Shown here piece after piece: positions 1 through 9,719 of a DNA stretch of 64,000 bases; the first letter of the stretch is position 1; every line of letters starts with the position of its first letter. Position numbers and translations under genes: made by a program. This DNA is from Candidatus Delongbacteria bacterium (GTDB taxonomy: Bacteria; CAIWAD01), in assembly GCA_963663545.1 (NCBI GenBank), contig OY760505.1, positions 3,584,001-3,648,000 of the forward strand. The letters are read 5' to 3'. Under the pieces are notes generated by a model that saw only the letters and a program-made list of their open reading frames with translations, was not told the origin of the DNA and ran no database searches.

Positions 1-2
1 AT

Positions 3-164
3 GATCTGGCCGGACGCGAAGTGGCTGTGCTGGCCGATGGACTCGTGGAGCACGGACGCCGGGAGTTCCAGTGGCAGGCCGGCAATGCGGCCAGCGGAAT
101 CTATCTGGCTGTGCTGCGTCACGAGGCGGGCTGTGAGACTCAGCGCTTGCTGCTGCTGAAATAG
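3..164 (+). CDS. 3' end of a protein with a T9SS (Por) C-terminal sorting domain; partial
   Basis: Manual translation DLAGREVAVLADG...AASGIYLAVL...TQRLLLLK* fits the T9SS CTD pattern (YDLxGR...SGxY...LLK). Confidence 0.8.
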   Translation, partial: DLAGREVAVLADGLVEHGRREFQWQAGNAASGIYLAVLRHEAGCETQRLLLLK

Positions 165-209
165 CGCCCAAGGCTCCCGCACGCTTCGGCGTGATCATTG
201 AATCATTAA

Positions 210-239
210 TACCCCGGTGCTCGCGAGAACGCCGGGGTA
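210..239 (+). terminator. Possible terminator hairpin
   Basis: TACCCCGG/CCGGGGTA inverted repeat after the T9SS gene; no clear U-tract. Confidence 0.35.
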
Positions 240-458
240 CTCTACTGTATCGGACTGGTATGTGTCACCGGGACTATAGCACCTGCTGGACCAAGGGTTA
301 GACAGCGTCTCTTTGCCGATGGAGGTTTTTCTCATAGCAGCAGATCAAGTGTACACTTTATGGACGTGTGCTGGCACCGAAGCGGATAGCGCACATGGAT
401 ACCAGCTATTCCTGAAGCGTGGCCTCGTCGAGGTGTTTCGAGCGTAGCTTGAAGCACA

Positions 459-597
459 CCGATACCGATACCGATCGCGGGTCGACTCTTTTCATGGACA
501 ATCTTCAGAGCTGAGTTCGCAGAAGAGAAGGAGCAGCCAGCTGGAGATTGTCGGCTTGCTTCCGAGTTGCGACTCCGATACCGATACCGATACCGAT
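459..597. repeat. Two short CCGATA hexamer tandem tracts
   Basis: ccgataccgataccgat at 459-475 and a longer tract at 575-597. Confidence 0.7.
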
Positions 598-737
598 CCG
601 ACTTCGCAGAAGTCGGCAGCGATAGCGATGGAAGAAAGGCGTCTTTTAGCTGTCAAAGTTTGACGCTCCCCTGTCAACACTTTAACTTAATTGCTTGCTT
701 GGACGGATCACTGAGAATCACTCCAAACGGGTAGCTC

Positions 738-2093
738 ATGGGAAAATTAAGCTTCCACGGGGGCGTTCATCCCCCGGAGGAAAAGGAACTCACCGAAGGC
801 CTGGCCCTTGAGGTCATGCCTGATCCCGCGCAAGTCTTCGTACCGCTGGCTCAACATCTGGGGAAACCCGCCAAGGTGCTGGTCAAGAAGGGCGACTTTG
901 TGCGGCAGGGTCAGCTGCTGGCTGAGGCCGACGGATTCATTTCCGCGCCGGTCCACAGCCCGGTGACCGGAACCGTGGCCATGTTGCAGAACTCGCCTTT
1001 GGCGGGCGGCGGCAGTGGCCAGGTAATCGCCATCAAGCCCGGACCGCCCCCCGCTCCCAAAGTGGAGGAAGGGGAAGAGGCTCCACCTCTGCCGGACAGC
1101 AGTCCAATGCTGCTGCCCCCCCTCGATCCGGAGCAGGCCCCCGTGGCCGAGCTGCTGGAGCGCGTGCGTCAGGCGGGCATTGTCGGACAGGGCGGCGCCG
1201 CCTTCCCGACCGCGGTCAAGCTGAGCCCGCCGAAGGACAAGCCCATCGAGTGGCTGATCATCAACGGCTGCGAGTGCGAACCCTATCTCACCCGCGATTT
1301 CCGCCTGATGATCGAGCGCACGGCGGATCTGGCCCGCGGCATGAAGCTGCTAGCCCGCATCTGCGGCGCCAAGCGCATCGGCATCGGCATCGAGGGCAAC
1401 AAGCCTGAGGCCATCGCTGCCATGCGTGCCCAGGCGGGCATCGAGGTCTTCGAGCTGAAGACCAAGTACCCGCAGGGTGGTGAGAAGATGCTCATCGTCG
1501 CCGCCACGGGTCGCAAAGTGCCCGCGGGCGGACTGCCGATGGACGTCGGCTGCGTGATCCAAAACGTCGGTACTGCACTGGCCGCGCTGGACGCTGTGGT
1601 CAAAGGCGAGATGCCCCGTCAGGCGGCGCTGACCGTCAGCGGTCACGGCATCAAAAGGCCGCGCAACCTTTACGTCACCATTGGTACGCCGGTTCAGGAA
1701 GTCATCGACTTCTGCGGCGGAACCACCGATGACGCTTGTCGCGTGGTGCTCGGCGGCCCGATGATGGGACCCGCGGCCTATAGCCTCGAAGCGCCCATCG
1801 TCAAGGCTTCCTCCGGCATTCTGGTGCTCACGAATGACGAGGTCAAGGAGCCGGCGCAGAGCAACTGCCTGAAGTGCTGCAATTGCGTCTCCGTCTGTCC
1901 GCTGAGCCTGCTGCCCAGCCGTCTGGCACGACTGTCGCAGTTCGAGCGCTGGGAAGAGGCCCGTGACCTGGATGTGATGGTCTGCATGGAGTGCGGCACC
2001 TGCGCCTTCGCCTGCCCGGCCCACATTCCGCTGGTGCAGTGGCTGCGCCTGGCTAAAACCAACGTTCGCAAGCTTCCCCGCAACGAGGGCTGA
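738..2093 (+). CDS. rnfC: Rnf complex subunit C
   Basis: FHGGVHP N-terminus, GxGGAAFPT, NGCECEPYLT, two CxxCxxCxxxCP clusters. Confidence 0.95.
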   Translation: MGKLSFHGGVHPPEEKELTEGLALEVMPDPAQVFVPLAQHLGKPAKVLVKKGDFVRQGQLLAEADGFISAPVHSPVTGTVAMLQNSPLAGGGSGQVIAIKPGPPPAPKVEEGEEAPPLPDSSPMLLPPLDPEQAPVAELLERVRQAGIVGQGGAAFPTAVKLSPPKDKPIEWLIINGCECEPYLTRDFRLMIERTADLARGMKLLARICGAKRIGIGIEGNKPEAIAAMRAQAGIEVFELKTKYPQGGEKMLIVAATGRKVPAGGLPMDVGCVIQNVGTALAALDAVVKGEMPRQAALTVSGHGIKRPRNLYVTIGTPVQEVIDFCGGTTDDACRVVLGGPMMGPAAYSLEAPIVKASSGILVLTNDEVKEPAQSNCLKCCNCVSVCPLSLLPSRLARLSQFERWEEARDLDVMVCMECGTCAFACPAHIPLVQWLRLAKTNVRKLPRNEG

Positions 2094-2095
2094 TC

Positions 2096-3106
2096 ATGAG
2101 ATACCCGCAACGGGCTCCCGAGGCCCCGGAATCTGCCTCGGGTCTGCTGCAGCTGACCACCTCGCCCCATTCGCACTCCAAGTGGAGCACTCCGCGAATC
2201 ATGTGGACGGTGGTGGCCTGCCTGCTGCCCAGTGTGCTGGCGGCCGTGTACTTCTTCGGCCCCGGCGTGCTGCTCCCCATTCTGGCCGCCGTCTTTGGCG
2301 CACTGCTCACCGAAGGCCTGACCAACAAGGTTCTGAAGAAGGGCTGCACCAACGGTGACGGCAGCGCGGCGCTGACCGGTCTGCTGCTGGGCCTGATTCT
2401 GCCTCCGGGCTTCCCGCTCTTTGGCGCCTTCCTGGGTGGCGTTGTCGCCATCGGTCTGGGCAAGGCGGTCTTTGGCGGACTGGGGCACAACATCTTCAAT
2501 CCCGCGCTGGTGGGACGCGCCTTTCTACAGGCCGCTTTCCCCGCTGGCATGACGGCCTGGGCCGCTTCGCTGACCAAGGTGACTTCGCTCGTGGACGGTA
2601 TTACCAGCGCCACTCCGCTGGGGTGGATGAAGTTCACGCCGGGTCTGCCCAAGACCGAGATCAACGGCATTCTGGGCAACATGTTCTTCGGCAACACCGG
2701 CGGCTGCATCGGCGAGACCAGCGCCCTGGCGATCCTCGTTGGCGGTCTGGTACTGGTGGTGCTGCGTCTGGCCAACTGGCGCATTGTCGGCAGCATGATC
2801 GCCTCCGGCCTGCTCTTCGGCGCGCTCTTTCACGCCACGGGAGCCAGCCAGCTGACCGCGCTGCATCATCTGCTGGCGGGCGGCTTCCTCTTTGGCGCAT
2901 TCTTCATGGCCACCGACATGGTCACCAGCCCCATCACCATGAAGGGCATGTACATCTACGGAGCTGGCATTGGCTTGATGACGGTGCTGATTCGCGTCTT
3001 CGGCGGACTTCCTGAAGGTGTGATGTTCTCGATTCTGCTGATGAACGCCACCGTTCCGCTGATCAATCGCTGGACCGTGCCCAAGGTCTTCGGAGGTGCC
3101 AAGTGA
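2096..3106 (+). CDS. rnfD: Rnf complex subunit D
   Basis: SPH, GGLGHNIFNPALVGRAFL, TSATPL (FMN Thr), GETSALA, FMATD. Confidence 0.95.
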   Translation: MRYPQRAPEAPESASGLLQLTTSPHSHSKWSTPRIMWTVVACLLPSVLAAVYFFGPGVLLPILAAVFGALLTEGLTNKVLKKGCTNGDGSAALTGLLLGLILPPGFPLFGAFLGGVVAIGLGKAVFGGLGHNIFNPALVGRAFLQAAFPAGMTAWAASLTKVTSLVDGITSATPLGWMKFTPGLPKTEINGILGNMFFGNTGGCIGETSALAILVGGLVLVVLRLANWRIVGSMIASGLLFGALFHATGASQLTALHHLLAGGFLFGAFFMATDMVTSPITMKGMYIYGAGIGLMTVLIRVFGGLPEGVMFSILLMNATVPLINRWTVPKVFGGAK

Positions 3107-3771
3107 AGACTACCATTCACATGCTGCTGACGCTGATCCTCATCGGTTGCGTTTCCGGCGGCGCACTCAGCCTGGTCGATGGCTGGGCCAGCCCGCTGAT
3201 TCAGCAGGGCAAAGAAAAAGCCAAGAACGAGGCCATCGGCTTCCTCGTCCCGGGGGACCGGGTGGAAGCGGTGCGCGAAGCCGCCGAAGGCGAGAGCTTC
3301 AGCGCCTGGAAGGTCTTTCAGGGCGAAGAGCTGCAGGGTTGGGTGTTGCGCAACAAGGGCACCGGCTTCCAGGATGTCGTCGATGTGATGATCGCCGTGG
3401 ATCCGCAGGGACGCGAGCTGCGCGGCCTGAAGGTGCTGAGCGATTCCGAGACCCCGGGCCTGGGAACCTGGATCCGCCTGGATCCGACCCACGCCGCCGC
3501 TTTGAGCGAGAGCGAGTCCCGCAGTCTACCCGAGCTGGCCAACGATCCCAAGTATTATCCGCTGCAGTATTTCGGCTACGGTGACGGTCAGCATCTGGCG
3601 GCCACCGGCGAGCTGAGTGTGGTCAAGGGCAAGCGACGCAATGATCTGGGACCGAGCGAGGTGCAGGCCATTACCGCCGCCACCATCTCTTCGCGCTCTG
3701 TCGTGGAGATCGTCAACGATGCCCTCAGACAATTGAGGCCGCTGCTGGCCGAGGGAGGCCGCCATGAGTAA
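3103..3771 (+). CDS. rnfG: Rnf complex subunit G
   Basis: N-terminal TM helix, ETPGLG, ITAATISS FMN motif. Confidence 0.9.
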   Translation: MKTTIHMLLTLILIGCVSGGALSLVDGWASPLIQQGKEKAKNEAIGFLVPGDRVEAVREAAEGESFSAWKVFQGEELQGWVLRNKGTGFQDVVDVMIAVDPQGRELRGLKVLSDSETPGLGTWIRLDPTHAAALSESESRSLPELANDPKYYPLQYFGYGDGQHLAATGELSVVKGKRRNDLGPSEVQAITAATISSRSVVEIVNDALRQLRPLLAEGGRHE

Positions 3772-4417
3772 CAAGAAGCAGGTTAGCCTGTGGACCGAAT
3801 TCGCCAAGGGCCTGTGGGAGCAGAATCCTTCCTTTGTCCAGCTCCTGGGCTTGTGTCCCACGCTGGCGGTGACCACTTCGGCGGTCAACGGCGTCGGCAT
3901 GGGTAGCGCGACCACCTTCGTGCTCATCTGCGCCAGCCTGATGATCTCCCTCATCCGCAAGGCCATTCCCAGCCAGGTGCGTATCGCCAGCTACATCGTG
4001 GTGATCGCCACCTTCGTGACCATCGTGGATCTGACCATGAAGGCCAAGTTCCCGGCCCTGAGCCAGAGCCTGGGCGCTTTCATTCCGCTGATCGTGGTGA
4101 ACTGCATCATCCTGGGTCGCCAGGAGGCCTTTGCCGCCAAGAACAATCCGCTGCGCAGCATCATTGACGCCGTCGGCATGGGCCTGGGCTTCACCATGAC
4201 CCTGACCGTGCTGGGCGCCATTCGCGAATTGTTGGGCAACGGCACGGTTTTCGGCGTGCAGTTGATGCCTTCCTTCTTCGAGCCCTGGATCGTCATGATT
4301 CTGCCCGCGGGCGCTTTCCTGACTCTGGGCCTGATGCTGGGAAGCGTCAACATTATTACCCGCAAGCGTGAGCTGGCGGCCAAACAGGCGCAGCTGAATG
4401 CTGCCCGGGAGGCCTAG
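3764..4417 (+). CDS. rnfE: Rnf complex subunit E
   Basis: QLLGLCPTLAVT, IPLIVVNCIILGR. Confidence 0.95.
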   Translation: MSNKKQVSLWTEFAKGLWEQNPSFVQLLGLCPTLAVTTSAVNGVGMGSATTFVLICASLMISLIRKAIPSQVRIASYIVVIATFVTIVDLTMKAKFPALSQSLGAFIPLIVVNCIILGRQEAFAAKNNPLRSIIDAVGMGLGFTMTLTVLGAIRELLGNGTVFGVQLMPSFFEPWIVMILPAGAFLTLGLMLGSVNIITRKRELAAKQAQLNAAREA

Positions 4418-4419
4418 GC

Positions 4420-4998
4420 ATGGAACTCTTCGGCATCTTTTTAGCCGCCGCGCTGATCAACAACTTTGTCCTCATCCAGTTTCTGGGCATCTGTCCTTTC
4501 GTGGGTGTATCGGGCAAGGTGTCCAGCGCAAGCTCCATGGGCATGGCTACCACCTTCGTGATGACCATGGCCGCCATGGTGACCTGGCTGATTCAGCACT
4601 ATCTGTTGAATCCCTACCATCTGGAATTCCTGCAGACGGTGGCCTTCATTCTGGTCATCGCCGCGCTGGTGCAGTTTGTGGAAATGGTCATCAAGAAGGT
4701 GTCCACGCCGCTTTACCGCGCGCTAGGCATTTTCCTGCCGCTGATCACCACCAACTGCGCGATCATGGGCCTTTGCCTGTTCGCCCAGATGAAATCCTAC
4801 ACCTTCCTGCAGTCGCTGATCTTCGCCATTGGTGCGGGCGCGGGCTTTACGCTGGCGCTGGTGCTGATGGCGGGCATTCGTGAAGAGCTGGAACTGGCCG
4901 ACGTACCCCGCAGCCTGCGCGGCGCGGGAATCACCATGATCGTTGCCGGCATCCTGGCATTGGCCTTTATGGGCTTTGCCGGCATGAAGATCGGTTGA
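4420..4998 (+). CDS. rnfA: Rnf complex subunit A
   Basis: NNFVLIQFLGICPF, LGIFLPLITTNCAIMG. Confidence 0.95.
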   Translation: MELFGIFLAAALINNFVLIQFLGICPFVGVSGKVSSASSMGMATTFVMTMAAMVTWLIQHYLLNPYHLEFLQTVAFILVIAALVQFVEMVIKKVSTPLYRALGIFLPLITTNCAIMGLCLFAQMKSYTFLQSLIFAIGAGAGFTLALVLMAGIREELELADVPRSLRGAGITMIVAGILALAFMGFAGMKIG

Positions 4999-5018
4999 GC
5001 AACACCAAGGAGAATCGC

Positions 5019-5263
5019 ATGGATCGGCGAACCTTCCTCAAGCATAGTTTCTTCGGCGCCGCCGCTCTGGGCCTGGGCTTCAAGCTGGGTCTCGGCGACA
5101 TGCCCGCTGCCTTTGGCGCACAGCGCACCGTGCTGCACGCCTTCCTGCCCGCCGAGGGCAAGGACCTGACGCAAGCGGTCAAGGCCTATCTGGCCACGCT
5201 GCCCGCTGGCAGCCTTCCCGCACCCAATGTGAATGTGGCTCCGCGCTGGCGCGACGCTGTGCA
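5019..5263 (+). CDS. Tat-signal protein, truncated at probable junction
   Basis: RBS aaggag; MDRRTFLK twin-arginine motif; frame runs into the antisense of another gene after ~5263. Confidence 0.7.
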
Positions 5264-5550
5264 TTGCCGAAGCGGCGATAATGGCGCGGCACCGGGGCGT
5301 AAATTTCCGGCTTGGCAATGATAGTATAGGGAAAAGGGCCATAGCCATAGCGGGAGCCCTTAGGACGTTTGCGTCCCTGTTGTTGCAGCCAGGGGCGACA
5401 GAAACGGTCGAGACAATCGATCACTGTCGGACGATAGCCGTATTGCTCTAAATAAGCGGCGAGCCAGTATAGCCCCAGCGGCTTTACCCACAAATCATAG
5501 GCCGTGAAATCATGGATATAGGGATTTATCAGAAGGATATCGGTTTTCAT
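5264..5550 (-). CDS. N-terminus of B12-binding radical SAM-type protein, truncated at probable junction
   Basis: ILLINPYIHDFTAYDLWVKPLGL..LAAYL and HYRRFG motifs; rest missing. Confidence 0.7.
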
Positions 5551-5565
5551 AGTTACAGACAGCTA

Positions 5566-6825
5566 TCAGTCAAATTTAGCCTGAACTACTTTCAGCGCCA
5601 GGCCCGCCATCATTACCATGCCGGGAATCAGAGCCGAATCGTTGAAATCAAAGCAATCACTGTGCAAGCAGGGACATTCGCAGCCTTCCTGGAATAGCCC
5701 GAGGCGAAAATAACTACCCCGGACATTGTCGCGCAGATAATAGCTGAAGTCCTCACCGCCCATTGATGGTTGGGGCAGCCAGTGGACATTGTCTTTGCCC
5801 AATAGTTCTTCGCCGACTGCGGCGATGATTTGGGTGGCCTGGGGATCGTTGATGGTCGGAGGATAATTTTCAGTGACGCGAAAATCAACTCGGGCACCGA
5901 AAGCCTGAGCAATATGCTCGCTGATGCGCTGAATTTGCTCTAACTGCCAACTCTGATTTTCTTCGGTCAGTGCCCGTGAGGTTCCGGATAGCCGTACCAT
6001 TTCCGGGATAACATTGGATTGATTGGAAAGTACCTGATAACTACCCGGCAATCCGGCATCAAGGGGACGATTACCGCTTTCGACAATGGTGATCGAAATC
6101 ACATTGCTTTGTGTCGGCGGCGTCAGCCGGCTACGAATATTTTGCAGGGCAGTGATAATCGCGGCGGCGGCGACCACCGGATCGACGCTATAGTGCGGTG
6201 ACGCCGCATGCGCCGAGCGACCGATAATTTCGATAACAAAAGAGCTGGCGGCGACCATCATCGTGCCTTCGCGGATGCCGATGCTACCGCAGGGCAAATT
6301 CGGCCAACCATGCAGCGCGAAAATCCAATTGACGTCGGGCTGTTGCAACACCCCTTCTTGCACCATCGCCCAGCCCCCGGCGCCCCCCTCTTCGCCTGGC
6401 TGGAAAATCAGCTTGATCGTCCCGGAGAAACGATCGCGCAACTGGGCCAGGATCTCGGCTACCCCAAGTAAAATAGCCGTATGGCCGTCATGGCCGCATG
6501 CATGCATACAACCGCTGATTTTCGAGGCATAGGGACATTGCTTTTTTTCGGTTTTTTGTAATGCATCCATATCCGCCCGTAAAGCCACGATAACTTGCGG
6601 CCCATCGCCGGCATTTCCCTGAATAATCCCGACGACGCCGGTTTTGGCGATTTTGGTCTTTTTTTCATGAGCAATGCCCAGGGCTTCCAGGCGTTGACTG
6701 ACCAACTGAGAAGTCAATATTTCGCGATAGGCCAGTTCGGGATATTGATGGAGGCGCTGCCGCAGCTCTTTTATTTTAACGGATATCTGTTGAGCCTGTT
6801 GGAACAGGTATTGCTTTTGCATCAT
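5566..6825 (-). CDS. M20D family amidohydrolase
   Basis: LHQYPEL, ALRADMDAL, MHACGHDGH, FQPGEEG, MGGEDF; start moved to MMQKQ after RBS. Confidence 0.92.
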   Translation of the reverse strand: MMQKQYLFQQAQQISVKIKELRQRLHQYPELAYREILTSQLVSQRLEALGIAHEKKTKIAKTGVVGIIQGNAGDGPQVIVALRADMDALQKTEKKQCPYASKISGCMHACGHDGHTAILLGVAEILAQLRDRFSGTIKLIFQPGEEGGAGGWAMVQEGVLQQPDVNWIFALHGWPNLPCGSIGIREGTMMVAASSFVIEIIGRSAHAASPHYSVDPVVAAAAIITALQNIRSRLTPPTQSNVISITIVESGNRPLDAGLPGSYQVLSNQSNVIPEMVRLSGTSRALTEENQSWQLEQIQRISEHIAQAFGARVDFRVTENYPPTINDPQATQIIAAVGEELLGKDNVHWLPQPSMGGEDFSYYLRDNVRGSYFRLGLFQEGCECPCLHSDCFDFNDSALIPGMVMMAGLALKVVQAKFD

Positions 6826-7109
6826 GATGTTTTCCTGAAGTTTATGTCTGACCGGACCGCATCCGGCGGTCGCTATTACCAAAACACTAATAATATATGA
6901 CAAAACCACGGTTTTGACAACAACAATAAAAAAAAAACATAAGATCACCAAAAAATTTATGAACTGGCAATCAGGTTGTGGTATAATTTCTTGCCCATGT
7001 CATTACGTTCCTTTTCTTACTTTTCTATAGTTTCCTGCGGCCCAGCTTTGTTGGGCCGACCAAACGTGGTTGACGAAATTAATTCCGGCGCCTAAAGGCA
7101 GGAGTTTCC

Positions 7110-8737
7110 ATGCAGAAAAATTCTATGAAAATACTGATTTACTTAATTTGTTTGCTATCACTATCAGGTTTGCTTCAATCCCAAAATACGCCGCCGCTAA
7201 CGGTTGCTTTACGCCAGCAACAGACCGAACCATTGCTGGTGATCGAAGTTCAGATCAAAATGACGCCGCAGGTGCATATCTATACTTCCCCGGGCCGCTT
7301 TTTTGCCATTGAAGAAAGCGCCAGTTCCGGACTGGGGAAAATGCAGTTAGAATTGCCGGCGCCGGAAAAATGTCAGGATATCGACGGCACTATTGTCGAT
7401 ACCTATTCTGGCACCAAAACCCTGCGCATCAAACGCGCTTACGCCGGTAAAGTCGGCACCAGGTGGAGCTTTTCCGGCTATATCCAATATCAGGCCTGCG
7501 ACGCCGCAGTATGTTACCCGCCGACCAAAAAAGAATTCAGCTTTCACGGCCTGATCCCAGCCGGCGCTCGTACCAGTGTTGCGACCACCACTACGACCCC
7601 GTCGCCAACAAAAAAGCCGAAAACAGTAGCCGCGGCATCAGGGCAATGGCAAAAGGATGCTGCCCATTTCACTATTGCCGGCAGCGGCAGTGGCTACATG
7701 AATAGTGCCAAATTTTTGGAATTTCTGGACAAGGCCGAAAGCGGCAAAGCCCAATCGTCCGTAGATAGCCTGGCGAGCCAGGCCATCTGGGCGGTGATCG
7801 CTATCGTGTTGTTTGGCGGCCTGATGCTCAATTTAACTCCGTGCGTGCTGCCGATCATCCCGATCAATTTGGCGATTATCGGCGCCGGCGCCCAGGCAGG
7901 ATCACGGCTTCGTGGCTTTCTGCTCGGCGGAATCTATGGATTGGGCATGGCTTTGGCCTATGGAATTCTGGGCGTAGTGGTGGTATTGACCGGATCGACT
8001 TTCGGCGCTCTCAATGCCAGTCCCTGGTTTAATTTAGCGATTGCCGTGCTTTTTGTGGTTTTAGCCCTGGGGATGTTCGACATTATCCAGATCGATTTCA
8101 GCAAATGGCGCAAAGGCAAAAAAGGCACCAAAAGGGCAGCTTCATCGTCGCTTTTTTTATGGGCGTAGTTGCTGCCCTCCTGGCCGGCGCCTGTGTGGCA
8201 CCGGTGCTGATTTCGGTATTGTTGTATAGCAGCCAGCTTTATAGCGCCGGTAACCAGTTCGGGCTGTTGCTCCCCTTTTTGTTGGGGGTAGGCATGGCCT
8301 TGCCGTGGCCGTTCGCCGGCGCCAGTCTGTCATTTCTACCCAAACCCGGCGGCTGGATGGTCAAAATCAAATATGGCTTTGGGATTTTTATCCTGCTTTT
8401 GGCTTTTTATTACGGCTATGAAGGGGTAAAGCTATTGCAGCCACAGAAGTTGGAAGGCACGCATAAAGGCTGGCAGACTTCGCTGGATGCCGGATTGGCA
8501 CAGGCTCGCCGGGAAAATAAACCGGTGTTCATCGATTTTTGGGCAAGTTGGTGCAAAAACTGCCTGGTCATGGATAACACGACGTTAGCAAATTCGCAAG
8601 TGGAAAAGCGCCTACAAAAATACGTCAAAATCAAATATCAGGCCGAAAAACCTGACGCCATGCCGCATCAGGCGGTTCTCAAGTATTTCAATGCCCATGG
8701 TCTGCCCACCTATATAATTCTCAAACCGCGCCAATAG
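7110..8737 (+). pseudogene. dsbD: Thiol:disulfide interchange protein DsbD split by a 1-nt frameshift near 8118-8133 (real lesion or sequencing error)
   Basis: YQACDAAVCYPP and LTPCVLP in 7110-8168; GACVAP and WCKNC thioredoxin domain in 8105-8737. Confidence 0.85.
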
Positions 8738-8781
8738 TCGCCTTCCTAAGGAGCCGGAGGTTTCCGGCGCAAGGAGATATC

Positions 8782-9705
8782 ATGAATGCCTATGTTGATC
8801 CCCACTTCTATCATTTCCTTGCCGAAGGGAATATCATTTGCGGAATGAAAGCTGACACCAGTTTGCAGGCAATCGAGCAACTGGCACAGCGGCTGTGCCA
8901 TAACACTGCGGGGTTGAATAAAGATAAAATTATCCAGGAAGTTTTGGCTCGTGAAGAAATGATGCCAACGGTAATCGCTTCTGGGCTGGCGGTACCCCAT
9001 GCCCGAATGGCGGAAGTGGATAAGCTGCTCATTGCCCTGGCGACATCTACAGACGGCGTAGACTTTCATTGTCCTGATATGCCTCTGGTAAAGGTAATGG
9101 TGCTAATCTTGACTCCCAACGATGATCCGGGGTTGCATTTGCAGGTGCTCACGGCCCTGGCCAAAGATTTTCAGAACCAGGAAACTATCGATCAGGTGGC
9201 GGCACTAAAAGAGCCGGCAGAAGTGATGGCCTATTTTACCAAAGCCGATGTTGAAATCCCCGATTATTTACAGGCCAAAGATGTCATGGTGGCCGCTCCG
9301 CTTACTTTGCTCGAAAGCGATACCCTGCATGCGACTATCGAAACTTTCGCGCTCAAGCATGTCCATGAAATTCCGGTTATCGACAATGACGGCGACCTGC
9401 GCGGCGTAGTTTCCCCAGAGGATATTCTGAAATTCAGCCTGACCGAACATATCCTATGGATGAACGATTTGACCCCGATTGCTCGTTTTCAGCCATTTGC
9501 CGAGATGCTCAAATCGGACCAGGAAACCAAGCTGGCCGATTTCATGCGCGAAAGTATGATCGTTGTCGAGGAAGAGGTTCCGGCGATTCAATTGGCGAAA
9601 CTGTTTCTGGTACACAAAGTCCAACAAATCCTGGTTACCCGTCAGGGGAAACTGGCTGGTGTAGTCAAGCTCCAGGATTTCGTCACCAAACTATTTTGGG
9701 AATAA
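8782..9705 (+). CDS. PTS EIIA (Ntr/Fru type) domain fused to a CBS pair
   Basis: AREEMMPT..GLAVPHAR; C-terminal CBS motifs (IPVIDNDGDLRGVVS, GKLAGVV). Confidence 0.85.
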   Translation: MNAYVDPHFYHFLAEGNIICGMKADTSLQAIEQLAQRLCHNTAGLNKDKIIQEVLAREEMMPTVIASGLAVPHARMAEVDKLLIALATSTDGVDFHCPDMPLVKVMVLILTPNDDPGLHLQVLTALAKDFQNQETIDQVAALKEPAEVMAYFTKADVEIPDYLQAKDVMVAAPLTLLESDTLHATIETFALKHVHEIPVIDNDGDLRGVVSPEDILKFSLTEHILWMNDLTPIARFQPFAEMLKSDQETKLADFMRESMIVVEEEVPAIQLAKLFLVHKVQQILVTRQGKLAGVVKLQDFVTKLFWE

Positions 9706-9719
9706 ACCGCTAGTGGCCA

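Noticed and set aside
747..4883. Long antisense and alternate-frame ORFs over the rnf genes
   Set aside because: Expected shadows of high-GC coding sequence.
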